Under the pieces are notes generated by a model. It was not told the DNA's origin. It worked only from the letters and a program-made list of their open reading frames with translations, and did no database searches. From NCBI RefSeq assembly GCF_036321535.1, contig NC_087437.1, positions 97,032,001-97,096,000 on the forward strand: a stretch of 64,000 nucleotides of DNA. The letters are read 5' to 3'. This document shows positions 12,309-25,574 of this stretch, piece after piece. A program made the position numbers and the translations under genes. Positions within the stretch are counted from its first letter, which is position 1; every line of letters begins with the position of its first letter. The DNA is from Camelus dromedarius. Its lineage: Eukaryota.

Positions 12309-15300
12309 CTTAAAACAATGAAGACAAGATGAAAAGGGAGGGACCCAATACAGTGTATTATTGGCACCATTCTGTAATGCTTGATAATTTGAGGAGTGAT
12401 TGTGAGAATAAACACTATTGATTAGTATCTATGTGCAAGTCTAAAGAAAGGAAATTAAAGAGTTAGCTGTATCTTGAAACTGAAATACAAAAATGAACAA
12501 AACTAATCATAAGTTATTATTTTTTAGAGAGTCAGAATAAAAACCCAGCCTAATATATATTAAAAGATGATAGTACACAGAAAAAGTCTTTAGGCTGGTA
12601 ATAAGCTAAAGAAAAACTCATCTTTATCATTTTGGATTTCCTTAAATATAGCAACATTATAACTGGGATGGATGATTCTAAACACTCCATGCTATTTCCT
12701 AGAATGTCAACAAACACTTTTTAACCAATGATTTAATTTTTTCTAACAAATAATAATCTTATCTCATAATTGGAGATAAAATTGACACAAATTTGATTTA
12801 AATATTTTATTCAAGCCTAATTGGTATTCTGGAGCTAGAGTTAACATGAATTGTGAAGTAACACATTCTTTTGAAATATTGACCAATTCTTTCTTTGGAA
12901 TTATTTTTCCCTTTCAATATTTTAAATATTAATATTCACAAATGGAATGAGCAACAGGCCCCTCAGATAATCAAATCACCATCTTATCAAGGCTAATGAT
13001 AGGACTGTCTCCTTCATGAATCATTAGTGATTCATTTCACACAGTCACAAAGGCATTCAAATGCATTCATGTGGGGGCCTCCCATAACTGGATAAAAATG
13101 TCAGAAGGTTACTTAGGCAAGATTTATTGAACAAAGTTGAAAACTTAAGACTGGATCAAATCTACATAACAATGTCTCCAAGCTTCCAAACACTCCTGAA
13201 AATAAATAAAAGCTTCCAAACACTCCTGGCCATTTTTTAAACAAAAGGTAATCTTGTTATGCCACTTAATATTATAAGGAGATGTAAACTGTCAGCACTA
13301 AGTAAATTATATATTTTACAAAAATAACTATATCTCCAAAATATTATACAAATACTCAGTAGCTCATCAAGAAACCTTGCTATAAATTCTACATAAATCT
13401 GCTTGCTTATAAATCACATGTTTTGTGATTTTAGCGTCAGTGAATTTTACCAGGGTAAGAGCTTAGCCTTTTCTAGTTTAGCCTTAAGCTAGAAGATAAT
13501 ACAGAAGGCTTTCTAAAACCATGTTAATATGTAGTATAGTTTATAACCAAAATATTTTCTATCTATCACTCAATGGTTCTTCTTTAGCATTTGAAAAGCT
13601 CATGTTTCACTGAGTTATGCAAGATATTGTGTGTGCATAGAAGATTAGATTGTTATTTTTCAAATTAAATTTTCAAATTGTTATTTTAAAAAATTAAATG
13701 AATACATACATGTGGAAAAAACTGTACTGAAATTACAAATTTTTAAAGCAAAGTCTGTCTCTCCACTTCTCCTCCTTCCCTGTCCCCATATGCTTCCTCT
13801 CCTATCCCCAATCCCTTAGTGGCATATACTCAGGTGTTTCCCCAAATATTTTGTTATGTGGTTTCCTTTCTAGGGCTCTATAAAGAAAAAAGAAATGCAG
13901 GTTCACAAAGTCTTTGAACGGGTTCCATTTTCATAGAGTATAAACATGCAAGTTCCCTTCTGTCCTCTAAACTCAGGTCTGTTTAGCTCAGGTTTGAGGG
14001 TCCTAGAGATGGTCAAACCCCAAGGTTTATCCCTTGCTAGAGGCTTCCTCCTGCCGGTCACCTCCGGGATTGCAGCCACTCTGGGCTCCTCCCTGTGCCA
14101 TCGCTGCTGCCCCTGCGGTGAGCACATCATATAGAACTTCTACCTGGCTCCCCAAAATGGCCTTGAAGGCTGAAATAGCCATGTATGCTCTAGAACTCCC
14201 CATTCATCTTACAGTATTGCCAAGGCATTTTGTCTATGTCTTGGCCATACCTGCTCACTGAGTCTCAGATCTCCCCTGGATATCACCAGGGCTCACCTCT
14301 TTGATGTCACTGCTGCTGTTTCTCCCAGTATCAGCCTGTCATTGTTCTATCCCTCCTGCCTCGTCCGTCTTCCCCAAGTCTGGCTGATGCCAGCACTACC
14401 TTGGTACAAGACTTCTGCAGATCTTAAGTCATCCTACCTGGAGGCAACCTGAATCTCTTGCTTCTGGCACTTACTAAATCTGTTGCTGTTTGCGCTCCCT
14501 GCAAACAACACAGAGCCTGAACAACTCCAAGGTCACCTCTAGTACCCAGGGACCTGTTTGCCTGCAAGCTGCCTTTCTGAACCAGTTCTAACTTGGACGA
14601 GAGACTGGTCAGAACTCTGCCCAGACACACTGTCTGACTCAGAGTAGCCTCCAACGTCTTGTCTGTATAATCTCTTCTTTGGCCCCTGTTTGTCTTTGGA
14701 TCTGGGTTTCTGGATTCAGGTCAATTTAGACTGCTGTCTGAAGTCGTGACTGGAGACTCACAGTGACAGGGCTCCTGGCTGACAGTGGAGCCCATCTTCC
14801 TGGAAAAGCCCTGTTTCCACGCTGCGGTTCTGTGAGCTCCTCTTGAATATGTGCTCTTCAATTCAGGGAACATTCTGGGCCCATAACACTGCTCCATCTC
14901 ACTAACTGCAGCTTACTCTACTGGTGGCTTAAAGAACGAAATATAACAAGCAGATGCTAATATTATTTACCAGGATATAATATCAATAACATATTGTTAT
15001 CACTACTTTTATGCCAAAAAGATTCAAACTACATGCCTCTCCTATATCTGGGAATAACACCTGTAAATTTTCCTTGTATTTCAGTGTCATAACTTCTTTG
15101 GAACTAATACAATATTTCTAATTTTAGTAGGAAAAATGAGGATAAATGACAAAAACAAATACATGAAATGATAGTTATCCTTTGTTGTAAACAAGTGTTA
15201 TGTGACTATTAATTTTATGAAATATGTTCAAATAATAAAGTAGATAATTAAGTCTCAAATATATCTCCTCTAAATCATCAACATAAAAACATAATGTTTA

Positions 15301-15749
15301 AAACATAATGTAGGTTGTTAGCAGAATCAGAATTAGAGTAGGCTGCTAACTGCCCACCTTTGGTGTGATCCAGAGAGGTCCAGAGCCTTTGCCTCTGAAG
15401 CTCTGTAACAGAATTTTTCTAAGCCAGAGTCAGTGGTCTATACAAGCTTGGAGCCTGGACACAACAGACAATTCCGTTAAATCTTAAAATTTCAGTATGT
15501 TGGAAGCCAAGTTGAATTATGTATCCCTTTGCTTATGAACTTGCAAGGAACTATCTCCATGCACTTAGATCTTAATTTTTAAAAACTTCAATCCTACTGA
15601 AAACAGATGCCAACGTGTGTAACTTTTATGATGACTGGTCAAGAATATATGAGATAAATATTGGGGGTAGATGTGGGAAGGTCAAAGGTAAGCGAAGAGT
15701 AAGCCTGCAAGCTGGTTGGGCTGAAGAGTGAGAAAAAGATGAGCAACAG

Positions 15750-15930
15750 CTAAGTGGCTTCTACGTCACAGACACTGTGCCTGGCCCTTTATATACAACA
15801 TCATTCAATTCACAAGGTAGCCCTATAATACAGGCATTATTAGCCCCGTCTTAAAACTTAGACCAGAGTATGCCAAAGGCCCAGCAGAGTCATGAACAAA
15901 AGCAAACATCCTATTTAGAAGTCTTGAATT
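15750..15930 (-). mobile_element. MIR fragment
   Basis: cagacactgtgcctgg...tcattcaattcaca...caggcattattagccccgt. Confidence 0.55.
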
Positions 15931-16189
15931 ATATTCTATAAAAATTCTAGCTAACTTAGGCCAAAAAAAAAAAAAAAAAAAAACCAACAATCAACCCAAC
16001 TTATGTATGTATGAAGATGATAGTGCAGTCCACAGAAATAGAGAAGCTAAAGACACACCGAGAAAGCCAAGAGCCAGGCAGCTACAGGGTTTAGCAGATG
16101 CCCTCCCACAGAAGGGCTTGACTTACCCACCGTCAGACAGCAGCCAAACCAGAATAAGAACTCCAGTCACAACCCTGAGTTTAGTGTTC

Positions 16190-16584
16190 TGTTATGGACT
16201 GAATAATGTTTGCCCCAAATTCCTATGTTGACGCCCTAACACCTGGTACATCAGAATGTGACTGTATTTGGAGAGAAGGCCTTTGAAGAAGTGATTAAGT
16301 TCAAATGAGGCTATTAAGGAGGGCTCTAATTCAATTTAGCTGGTGTCCTTATAAGAAGAGATTTGGACACAGAGAGATACCAAGGATGGGTGCACCCAGA
16401 GGAGAGACCCTGCGAGGACACAGCAAGGCCCTGTGCAAGCTAAAGAGAGAGATCTCAGCAGAACTCACACTTGCCAAACATACTGGTCTTAGACTTCTAG
16501 GCTCCAAAATGGTGAGAAAAAAATTTGTCGTTGAAGCCACCTAATTTGTGACATTCTGTTATGGTAGCCCTAGCAACTAATACT
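16190..16584 (+). mobile_element. MaLR solo LTR (MLT1B-like), complete
   Basis: tgttatggactgaat...cagaatgtgactgtatttggaga...gtgtccttataagaagag...ttatggtagccctagcaactaatac, flanked by (g)tgttc on both sides (16184-16189, 16585-16590). Confidence 0.92.
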
Positions 16585-16719
16585 GTGTTCTTTCCACAAC
16601 ATCATCTCTTTAATTAATGAATTTTATTTGAAAATGATTTTGTAAGGCCAATATTCTGCACAAATATACATAATTGCAGGCATTCTGAGATATGTGATGA
16701 CTCTGATTAATGCCTGTGA

Positions 16720-16920
16720 GGGATGAGAGTAGCGTAGTGGACAAGGGCAAAGCCTGTGGGCATAAATTCCAGCTCTGCCACTCACCAGCTTGTTGTCCTT
16801 GGTCAAATTTCTTAACCATTCCCTGCTTCCTTTCCCATCTGTAAATTATCGATAATATTGGTATCTAACTCATGAAGCTGTTGTGCAGATTAAACAAATT
16901 AATTAGGGCATGGCCTGGCC
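16720..16920 (+). mobile_element. MIR SINE
   Basis: ccagctctgccactcaccagcttgttgtccttggtcaaatttcttaacc...catctgtaaa. Confidence 0.85.
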
Positions 16921-17150
16921 TAGACTGTTTCTCTACTCACAGGGACCCAGGAGAAGGTGCTTGGTAAAGCATTTCCAGAGCTGCAGTCAGGCCATGTTCC
17001 CACATCACATTTAGCCTGCTTGGTTAGCGGTCCTACAAGGGTTCCTTCAAAACTCTCTAAGATCATTTTGTTCCTCATCTTCTTTTCCCCTCTTCTTTAT
17101 CCCCGCTGTTTTACCCCAAACCAAAAGTAACTCTTTTGGCCCTAACTCAC

Positions 17151-17225
17151 AATAGATTCATAAAAATATCACCATCTGAGGATCTTCTGAAACTACCAGA
17201 CGCACCTTCTAAGGCACTGGTGTGC
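17151..17225 (-). other. Possible 75-nt cassette exon (HTSALEGASGSFRRSSDGDIFMNL) or pseudo-exon
   Basis: Donor ATT|gtgagt, weak acceptor gaaaccag|GCA. Length divisible by 3 with one open frame. Confidence 0.2.
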
Positions 17226-18835
17226 CTGGTTTCATATACGGAGGCAGGAGGATCAATCAACAAGTAAGAAATATTTATTTTTATTGCTATGCATTTTGTA
17301 GCCTGTTTTAGAAATCATCTTTCTTTTGCATTTTGATACAATACATACTGTTAATACTGGTAACTGGTATTGACACATTTAAAATATTTTGTTCTTACTA
17401 GTTTCAAGCTAAATCCCCATTACAATCCTCACTGCAATTCCTACGTTGAAAAGTATACATTAAAATTAAAGTTACAGTAATCTTGTAAACACCTTGCGCC
17501 ATCATACCCCATGGCCTAAGCAAGTAACAGTCATCTGAAAGGCACAATGCTATAAAGCATTTTGCTCTGTCCTTTCAGCAAGCTGAATAATAATGTATTT
17601 CCCACAACCTATTCAACTAGAGATTTGATTAACACATTTTTCATTGTGTTGTTATCATGACAGCAATGGCTTTTCTAGCAATTTAGCATAATAGATGAAG
17701 AGATGAATCATTCAAATATGTCAGTTAATTTTTACCTACAAAAATTAGACATCCACATGTGTATGACTTTACTGGACACATTTTTTAGTACATATTAATG
17801 TATGTTGAACTATATTCCATGAAAAATCTACTCTGTGATTTTATTTCTAATTATGTGCTGTGTAAGCTAAAATGGTCTCTGAATGATCTGAATCCTGTAG
17901 ATAGTGATACTCATCATGGTGAAGTATGACTCTCTTCGTGGTATATTATTTCCAGCTTCTAATTTTCATTTATTTTGAAGATTTGCTATTATTTTCAAAT
18001 TGTATTTCCTGATCCTATGGCATTTGGAAAGGATTCTGCTCTAACTTATCTTACAGTGATGCAGCCGTTTTCAGTCACCATCTATTAAACTCAGGTAGCC
18101 CTAAATGCCAGAGAAATGAATTAACAGGTAAGGCCTGAGGCAATTCCTAGATGTACTTGAACAGGCTAATGCACAAATGCAAGCACGATATGTGACAGCT
18201 CAACAGTGACAAAGGAACTGAATCTATCATTTCCTTCCCAAGGTCTATTTGCCAAGTGCTCAACCAGGACTTACAGATAGTCTCATTCACAGATGAGGAC
18301 ATTACAGAATTTTACTGAGTTTAAGTGACTTCTCCAATGTCACTGCAATTTAGTGACAATTCATGTTTATAGCTCACAGTCCCACAACTACAATTCTTTG
18401 CTTAGGCTGTTGAATGATTACAATTTCTAGGGCAGAGAAAGGGGGTATGTTGACATCTCACAGAGACTGTCATGATTAAAATGTATCAAACGAATGAATG
18501 AATGAATGAATGAACAACAAAATTTTTTGTGAAGTCATTTACTAAACCATTTCTATATAACTATATAACTTGACATTTGCTCAAGCAATCCCTCAATATT
18601 TTTGTCCAAACCTTAGTAGTGTAGAGAGACTGAAAATTCTTTCTCTCATAGCTGGCTGATTGGCTGACAGTTCTTTCTCACCTCTAACATCTTTATACAA
18701 GCACATGCACACGTGTGTGCGCACACACACACACACACACATTGTAGAAAGAAGAGTGTCTAACTCATGATCTGACAGTGGAGTGATTCATTAGCTCCCC
18801 GTGGGTGGACTACTGAGGTGAGACTACACATCAAT

Positions 18836-19165
18836 TGTCTTAGTCTATTAGAGCTGCTATAACAAAATACCAGAAACTGGGTATCTTATAAAAAAAAAAT
18901 GTTTCTTTCTCACAGTTCTGGAAGCTGGGAAGTCCAAGCTTGCAGATTCAGTGTCTGGCGAGGACCTGGTTCCTGGGTGACCATCTCATTGCTGTAACCT
19001 GCAGCAGAAGGGGCGAGGGAGCTCCGTGGCATCTCTTTTATAAGAGCATTAATCCCAGTCACGAGTGCTCCACTTTCCAAAGAGCCCTTCTCCTAATACC
19101 GTCACACTGGGCGTTAGGTTTCAACTTGCGGATTTTGAAGGGACACAAACTTCCAGTGCACAGCA
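18836..19165 (-). mobile_element. MaLR solo LTR (MLT1A-like)
   Basis: tgtcttagtctattagagctgctataacaaaatacca...ctcacagttctggaagctgggaagtccaag...gggacacaaac...cacagca. Confidence 0.9.
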
Positions 19166-22100
19166 TGAACTGAGAAGCAGCATGAGCAATGATTGGGGTT
19201 TCCAAACGCCATGTAGCCAGCAGCCAGTAAGAAGAGACTCCGGACACCTCAGCTATGCTCCAGATCTGTGCACAGGACTGTGTTTCCCTTTTCTATCCAA
19301 CCTCCACCTGAATTCAGTGGGATTCAGGTTTATTATCTTGTCTTATGTTTACAATGGGGGCTTGTTTTCTGCTTCTCTAGCACTCACATTAAGACCTTGA
19401 ATAGCATTGCTTTGGATCTACCTCAAACACTGAATCCCTGTCTTGCCTTATGCCCTTGGAATTTAAAACATTTGCTCTTTTCCCCCATAAGCTAGAAATT
19501 GGGCACTCTGTTGCTATTGTCCAAACAAGAAAATCTTTACCAGAGGCTTGTGTATTTTAATACCAACAAAATATAACAAGACTTTTCCCCTAAAATTTGT
19601 GGTTTGTTTCTGTCCTAAGCTGAGCATTATTATATAAACTACTGTTTTGCTACTTGGATTCTGAAAGATAATCATCTTAATAACTAACAGTATTCCATTG
19701 AGTGAAATTGAAACTAGATGTACTATTTTCTTCAAGAATAATAACATTTATTATAATTTTAGCCAATTATATTGATTATTTTACATTATTTTCCAGCAAT
19801 TCTGGAAATTAAAAAGATTAGATATTACAGTTAGAAGAGAAATCACTAACTGCTGAAAGTTCCAGCTAAATTTATGCATTTACAGACACACATACATACA
19901 CACATTCTCTAGATTGCAGTTTTTTTCATTTAAATTCAGCATTGAATTTAAGTACCTACCTTAAAAATGTGTTCTAGATTTATAGGTTTCTCATTTGTCC
20001 CTTGATGTAAGAAGTCACAATACTTAATTTTAGGATTAGGCTTTAGAATAAACATGGTTTAAGGAATCTGTAATAGAGAGCAAGATTTAGCCATAGATCG
20101 TCTCCTTGCTCTCAGATTTTGTGTGACTTTTCTAAAGTTATTTTTTTAAAGGTGTTTCTCTTATACCTGAAGAAGTCATTTTTAACCAGCACTTCCAACT
20201 TTCTCCTCTTTGTCAACTTCTCTGTGTACTATTCAGGTGGCTTGGGTCAAAGTCTCTCTCTGGTACTAGAGGAAGTGAAGGGTACAAAGGAACGTCAGCC
20301 AAGAGAGGAGGCAGAGGCAGAAACACAACTGCTCAGGTGCTCAGGGAATTGGTGCCACCTGATTCTGTCAAAAAGAGCTGGAGAAAGATGAGAAAACACA
20401 AGACGGGGGCATATCAAGACTGTTATCATGACAATGTCAACTTTCAGAATTTTCAGAACAGGTTGGTAGTCTGCTTGGAAGGGGCATTGTACAATTTGTC
20501 TCGAGGGTCCACTTTTATAGATACAAGCGTGCTATTTTTACTTAATGATTATGCTTGGTAATAACATAACTATTCTGGGAAGGTATATCTTTTCACACTT
20601 TACCAAAGACTGAGAATATCAGCTGTGCATAATACAAAAAATTTGTTACTATATTTAGGTGGTTCTAGAGAAAGACAGTGTGGATTTTGGGTGAACTTAA
20701 CGTCAACCCTTTCTTCATCCAAGTGATTTTTTGGAACCACCTATGTCATAGGGCACAACCAGATATGCTAGTTACTAGGAAACAGTTAGTTTCACTTAGT
20801 TCCAGCTCTTTTCCAAATGTGTGATGTTGGTTTCAAGGGATTTCAGATGAGGGATGATGTGTGTAGTCAATACAGTTACATAATCAGTTCTGCCAAATTC
20901 ACTCTACTTTGTATACCTTGAACACATTTGGAGTGATTACCAATATACAAGTTCTAGAATGAAAGCTTCTCCAACTAAAACAACTTATATTCATTTTGTT
21001 GGATTTGTAACTAATGGTCTGTACTTCAAAAACTCCTAAAATATACATTGTTCTGCTTTTTATTTATAGAGGGAAACTTGTGGATTACAAATTGAAAACT
21101 AAAGGGAAATAATAACAAAAAGACCCACATATCAGCTATTTCTAGACATGAACAGATACAATAAAAGCATCTGGAAGAAAACAGTAACTATTGACTAGAT
21201 TTTCACAATTTTTTTAAATAGAAAAAGAAATCTTAGATAAAATACAACTTTTTAGATCAGTTGGGAAAAAATGTTTTCTTTTCAAAGAGGCTTGAAATGT
21301 CATAGTTGGTAAGACCAGATTTGCTTTTTAAAAATTGAATTTGAAAAAACTAATGTTTTTATCTTAATAGTCGACAAGGACTAGCTGAGAAATGGAAAAG
21401 CACAAAAAGATATCTGTAGTGAATAAAAGAATTATATATCAAACAGGAGAGGCACACTTTCTGTTTGGACTCATTTAAGGTTTAGAAATCATTTTTGGTT
21501 GAGTTTTAAACCCCAAAACGTTATTTCTTCTAACTGACATTAACTCACATAATATATAGTACCTTTTTTTCCTATCCCAAAGGACTTAAAACTACCACTG
21601 CCATAATATATTCAGAATAACTAATTTAAAGTCATCAATCATTCCTGCCATTTTTTGGTATCCATTTATATTTCTAGACTTAGTTTAGGATTACAGCCAA
21701 AATTCACACACATCGGAAAAGAATATTAGGCAAGGAAAAATATCCCTTAAACCACACAAGGATTAATTTCATGTTCAGAGACACCATGTGCTACACTCCC
21801 ACTGCAGAAATAATTAACACAGGCAAACAAGTGGGCATCCCCTGAGATACACTTCATCTATACACTGCACGCCTATTACATTTCTCTTCCTTCCCAAATA
21901 CAGTCCTTCAGTGTTTATTATACCTTAACATATTTCTTATCATTATTTTGAAAAATCAAATAAAACAATCCTTCAAGGAAATTGAGGCTTAGAAAATGTA
22001 AATTTTATTAGTTATGCACAAGGATTCTTAGCTATGTATTAACAGTTTAAGGGATTAGAGAGCTGTTTCATCTTCTTATAAATTTGAACTGCTAAGATAT

Positions 22101-22482
22101 GACAGTTGATGTGAGAAATTCCTTAGCAAATTCCATGCTAAATTCTTTAGCATGCAGATGCTAAAGCCAGTCGCTTTCACACACGAATAATATGCCTATC
22201 TGGGGGCATGGCTAAGTAGTTATCTTTATCCCTTACATCGTGAATATGTGGGACACTCTTGCTCTGGAACTATTAGACACAATCCATTTAGATTTTCTCT
22301 TTGAGGTGAGCTACAAAGCTCAAATGAAGGGTTTGCAATTCAATGACTGATACCTAGATGTAGAGGGTTAAATTACAGTGCAGAGGGGCTCAAATTAAAC
22401 CCCTTGGTATGTGAGTCAGTAAATTCAAAAGAGAAATGCAAACTAAGTAAGATGAAGGAGGTAACAAGCAAATGGTGCTTAC

Positions 22483-22522
22483 CTATGCATTTTTGAAGTT
22501 GGAAGAAACAGGAACTTTCAGA
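22483..22522 (-). other. Possible 40-nt exon or pseudo-exon
   Basis: Acceptor tatttcccattttatcag|TCT, donor TAG|gtaagc. Confidence 0.2.
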
Positions 22523-23232
22523 CTGATAAAATGGGAAATACATCAACTACTTCTAGAAGTTATTTGAGCCCTTTTCAGCTCCTTGAAATAGAAACATATT
22601 AAATTGTCCCTTAAGAGTCTGAGAGAAAATAAGTTATGGAAAAGAATGTACTTTTATCTGAGCTGGATGATGGGTGGATGTGTTGATTTTATAATTATTA
22701 TTATCATTTAAACTATACATGCTATTATTTGTGCCATGTGACTTTGCAGCTACATTGCACATGATCACTCCCTCCATGAAATACTGAAGTACTTTCTTCT
22801 TGCTCTGGGTTTTTGGGTTTTTTTTTTTTTTTTGCTTCCTCTTTGGCAGTCTCCTTTGTTAAGCCCACTTCCTTTTCCTAACCCAGAACTCATCTCTCAG
22901 ACTCTGTGCTTTGCTGACTACCCTCACTCACCAGGTAGCCTCATCCAGACTCAGCTTCTAGATATCTCTTTATACTAGAGACTCTCCAGTTTATTTATCT
23001 CCCCAGGTCTCTCCCCAGAACTCCAGATTTTTATATCCAATTTTCTGTCACATCTTCACTTAAATATCTAGTGGGTGTTTTAGACTTAACACATATAATA
23101 CAGACTACTGAATTTCTCCCTCAAAACTACTCTTCTAGTAGTGTTCCCATTACAATAAATGGTGACGCCATCCTTTTAGTTACTCAAAGCAGAAACCTTG
23201 GAATCATCCAATTCTTAAAGTTGTGTTTCTTT

Positions 23233-23266
<34 letters not shown>

Positions 23267-23787
23267 CCCAGATCTACCATCAAGCTATTGGCTGTATATG
23301 AAAAATATGTATGATTTAAAGTATTTCTCACTAACTCCATTTTTCAACTAGATCATTTCACTGGTTTAATTGCCTGCCTTGAACTTTGCCCTTTTCTCTC
23401 AGTCTTTTGAATATATGAAAGACAGATGGATCCTTCCAAAATAATTCTATTTTTCCTCTACTCAAAACCCTCCCAGGGCTTCCCATTTCACTCTGAGTGA
23501 GAACCGGTTTTTATACTGGCTTATAAAAGGTCTATATTATCTGAGCCCCACCTTCCTCTAGTAGCACAGATCCTATAAATAACAGCCCCCTTATTTATTC
23601 TTTTCCAAGCATATGGACTTCCTTGCTCCTCGGATGTGTCCAGCATACTGATGCTTCAGAGCCTTTGCTCTGTCAGGAATGCCTTTTCTTCAAATGTCCA
23701 CGCAGCTTATTCCCTTTGCCCCTTCACTTTCTGCTCAAATGCCACCTCAGTAATACGGCCTTTCCTAACTACCCTATTTAAACCTTC

Positions 23788-24852
23788 TGTTCCCGTACCT
23801 AACTCAGGTTCAGCAAAGCCAGTCTACTGACACTGGGTTTTGGTGAGAGAACTAGAGCATTTATTGCAGGGTGTCAAGCAAAGGGATGGGAGACAAGCCT
23901 CGGATCCGCTCCATCTTGGTTTTTGAGTTAGGGACCTTTTTAAAGGGGAATAATAAAGAAGCTGGGAATTATCACCGTCTTGTGACCTTTCTGTGACATT
24001 TCTTAATCATGTAATAGAAAAGAACAAATCTGACTCCGTATTAGATCTGTTTCTTTGGCTTTAACCTTACACCCTGTTTTCTAGGCTTAGTTCTGCACGT
24101 TTTGTAAAAGAATGTTGCCTGCAGCCTGAAGTATGCAGGACAGCCTATTCTCAAGGCTCTGACCTTTAAGGATATTAGCACTTTTGCACTCATATAAAGA
24201 TAACAAGTTGCAGAATAGAAAATAACATTTGTTTTGTGGGAGGTTTTACAGGGGCACCATGACCTGACACACCTGGACAGCTGCCAAGAACAAAGGATTC
24301 CAAGAACAAAGGATTCTGACACCAAGAAGTTTGCAACAATCAACCACACCCCTCCCCTTTTTAATATAAAAGAAGCCTGAATTCTGACTTGGGTTAAGAT
24401 GGTTCTCGAGGACATCAGTTTGCCATCTTCTCGGTCAGCTGGCTTTCCAAATAAAGTCTCTATTCCTTGCCTCAGCACCTCGTCTCCCGATTTATTGGCC
24501 TGTCGTGCAGTGATCAGAATGAGTTTAGACTGGGTAACAATCATACTTTTAGGAGTCAGGATGTCTCTGGTTTACAATCCTCACACCAAGTATTCCACGG
24601 CAGGGGAGTTGGTTAGCTTGTCTTGCCCTGGAGAAACAACCTGAGTTTGCAAGGTAATGATAATATCTGTAATAGCAATTTTAGTACATTAACGATGTCA
24701 TGGAACAGTAATTTTAGTCAACTGACTCTGGCTGATTCGTGTTCAACTAGCAAAGGATTGAGGCCAGAGGAAACAAGAAAGGGAATAAAGCTTGTATGGG
24801 GAGATTAATCATAAACTTGGTAAAGGAACATGGTTTTGTGGACTCAGTTTCA
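23788..24852 (-). mobile_element. ERV1-class solo LTR (outer, about 531 bp once the inner LTR and one TSD copy are removed)
   Basis: TG...CA ends (tgttccc...gtttca), 4-bp TSD CTTC (23784-23787 and 24853-24856), minus-strand AATAAA (tttatt at 23860-23865). It interrupts an L2 that resumes directly after it. Confidence 0.85.
24010..24539 (+). mobile_element. ERV1-class solo LTR (inner, 530 bp)
   Basis: TG...CA ends (tgtaata...ggtaaca), 4-bp TSD ATCA (24006-24009 and 24540-24543), TATAAAA at 24365, AATAAA at 24450, several CpGs retained. Confidence 0.92.
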
Positions 24853-25574
24853 CTTCTTCTCACTACATTTTCTATACTTTCTTTACACTTTTTTTCCTCC
24901 ATCACGTTTAATACCATCTGCCTCAATGTATTTTTCTCCATTGTTTCTCTCACACTCCATGAATGTTCCATGAGAAGAGGGATTTCTGGCTGTGTTTACT
25001 GCAGTAACTCGGGTGCTTGGAACGGAACCTTACTTAATATCGTAACAAGCTAGCAAATGAATACGTTCTGTCTACTCTTTATATATAAATATTTCACAAG
25101 ACATATTTCAAAATGGAAGGCAGTATAAAAAATGAGTGTAAAATAAAGCAAGCCGTGGTTTCTACACACAAACTCGTTTGAAAGCTTTATTATTTCTTTT
25201 AATAAAAATCAAATTCCATTACATAATGGAGACTTTGATTAAAATTAGTGTTTTAGAACCAGCTGTTTTGCTATCTTGTAGACAAATTAGGATATCCAAA
25301 ATTAATAGATCAAATTATATAATTTTACTAGAAAAGAAATGAGGCAAGGAGATGGATTAAGGCAACTTCATTAAGTGGATTATGATGAGAGAAGATAAAT
25401 ATAAACTGGTGATTAGAAGCTGTAGCATTAGAAATGATTTAGTATTGCATTAGTAAACTTGAAAAATGTTTCACTTTATATCATTTACTATTTATTTTTC
25501 TTGGTGATTGGACTAGCAAACAAATATCTTTTAAAATTTATTTTCCAGATACTACAGTTTTCTACAAAGGCTTT

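Larger units (their letters stand above)
22760..25060 (+). mobile_element. L2 LINE 3' portion, split by the nested LTRs
   Basis: L2a-like motifs: ctcaaaaccctcccagggcttcccatttcactc and ctgctcaaatgccacctc...cctttcctaactaccctatttaaa, then after the LTRs gaatgttccatgagaagagggattt...ttactgc. Confidence 0.85.

Noticed and set aside
13180..13228. Repeat-spacer-repeat patterns as a CRISPR-like array (also 30110-30192)
   Set aside because: Only two units each, in a mammalian context with no cas-like ORFs.
18057..18127. Plus-strand 71-nt segment with cag|...CAG|gtaagg
   Set aside because: Isolated, short pyrimidine tract and unrecognised peptide. Consistent with a pseudo-exon.
24041..24544. 167-aa minus-strand ORF, the longest in the track
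   Set aside because: It lies antisense within the inner solo LTR and has no gag/pol/env or other recognisable motif, so it is a chance ORF.
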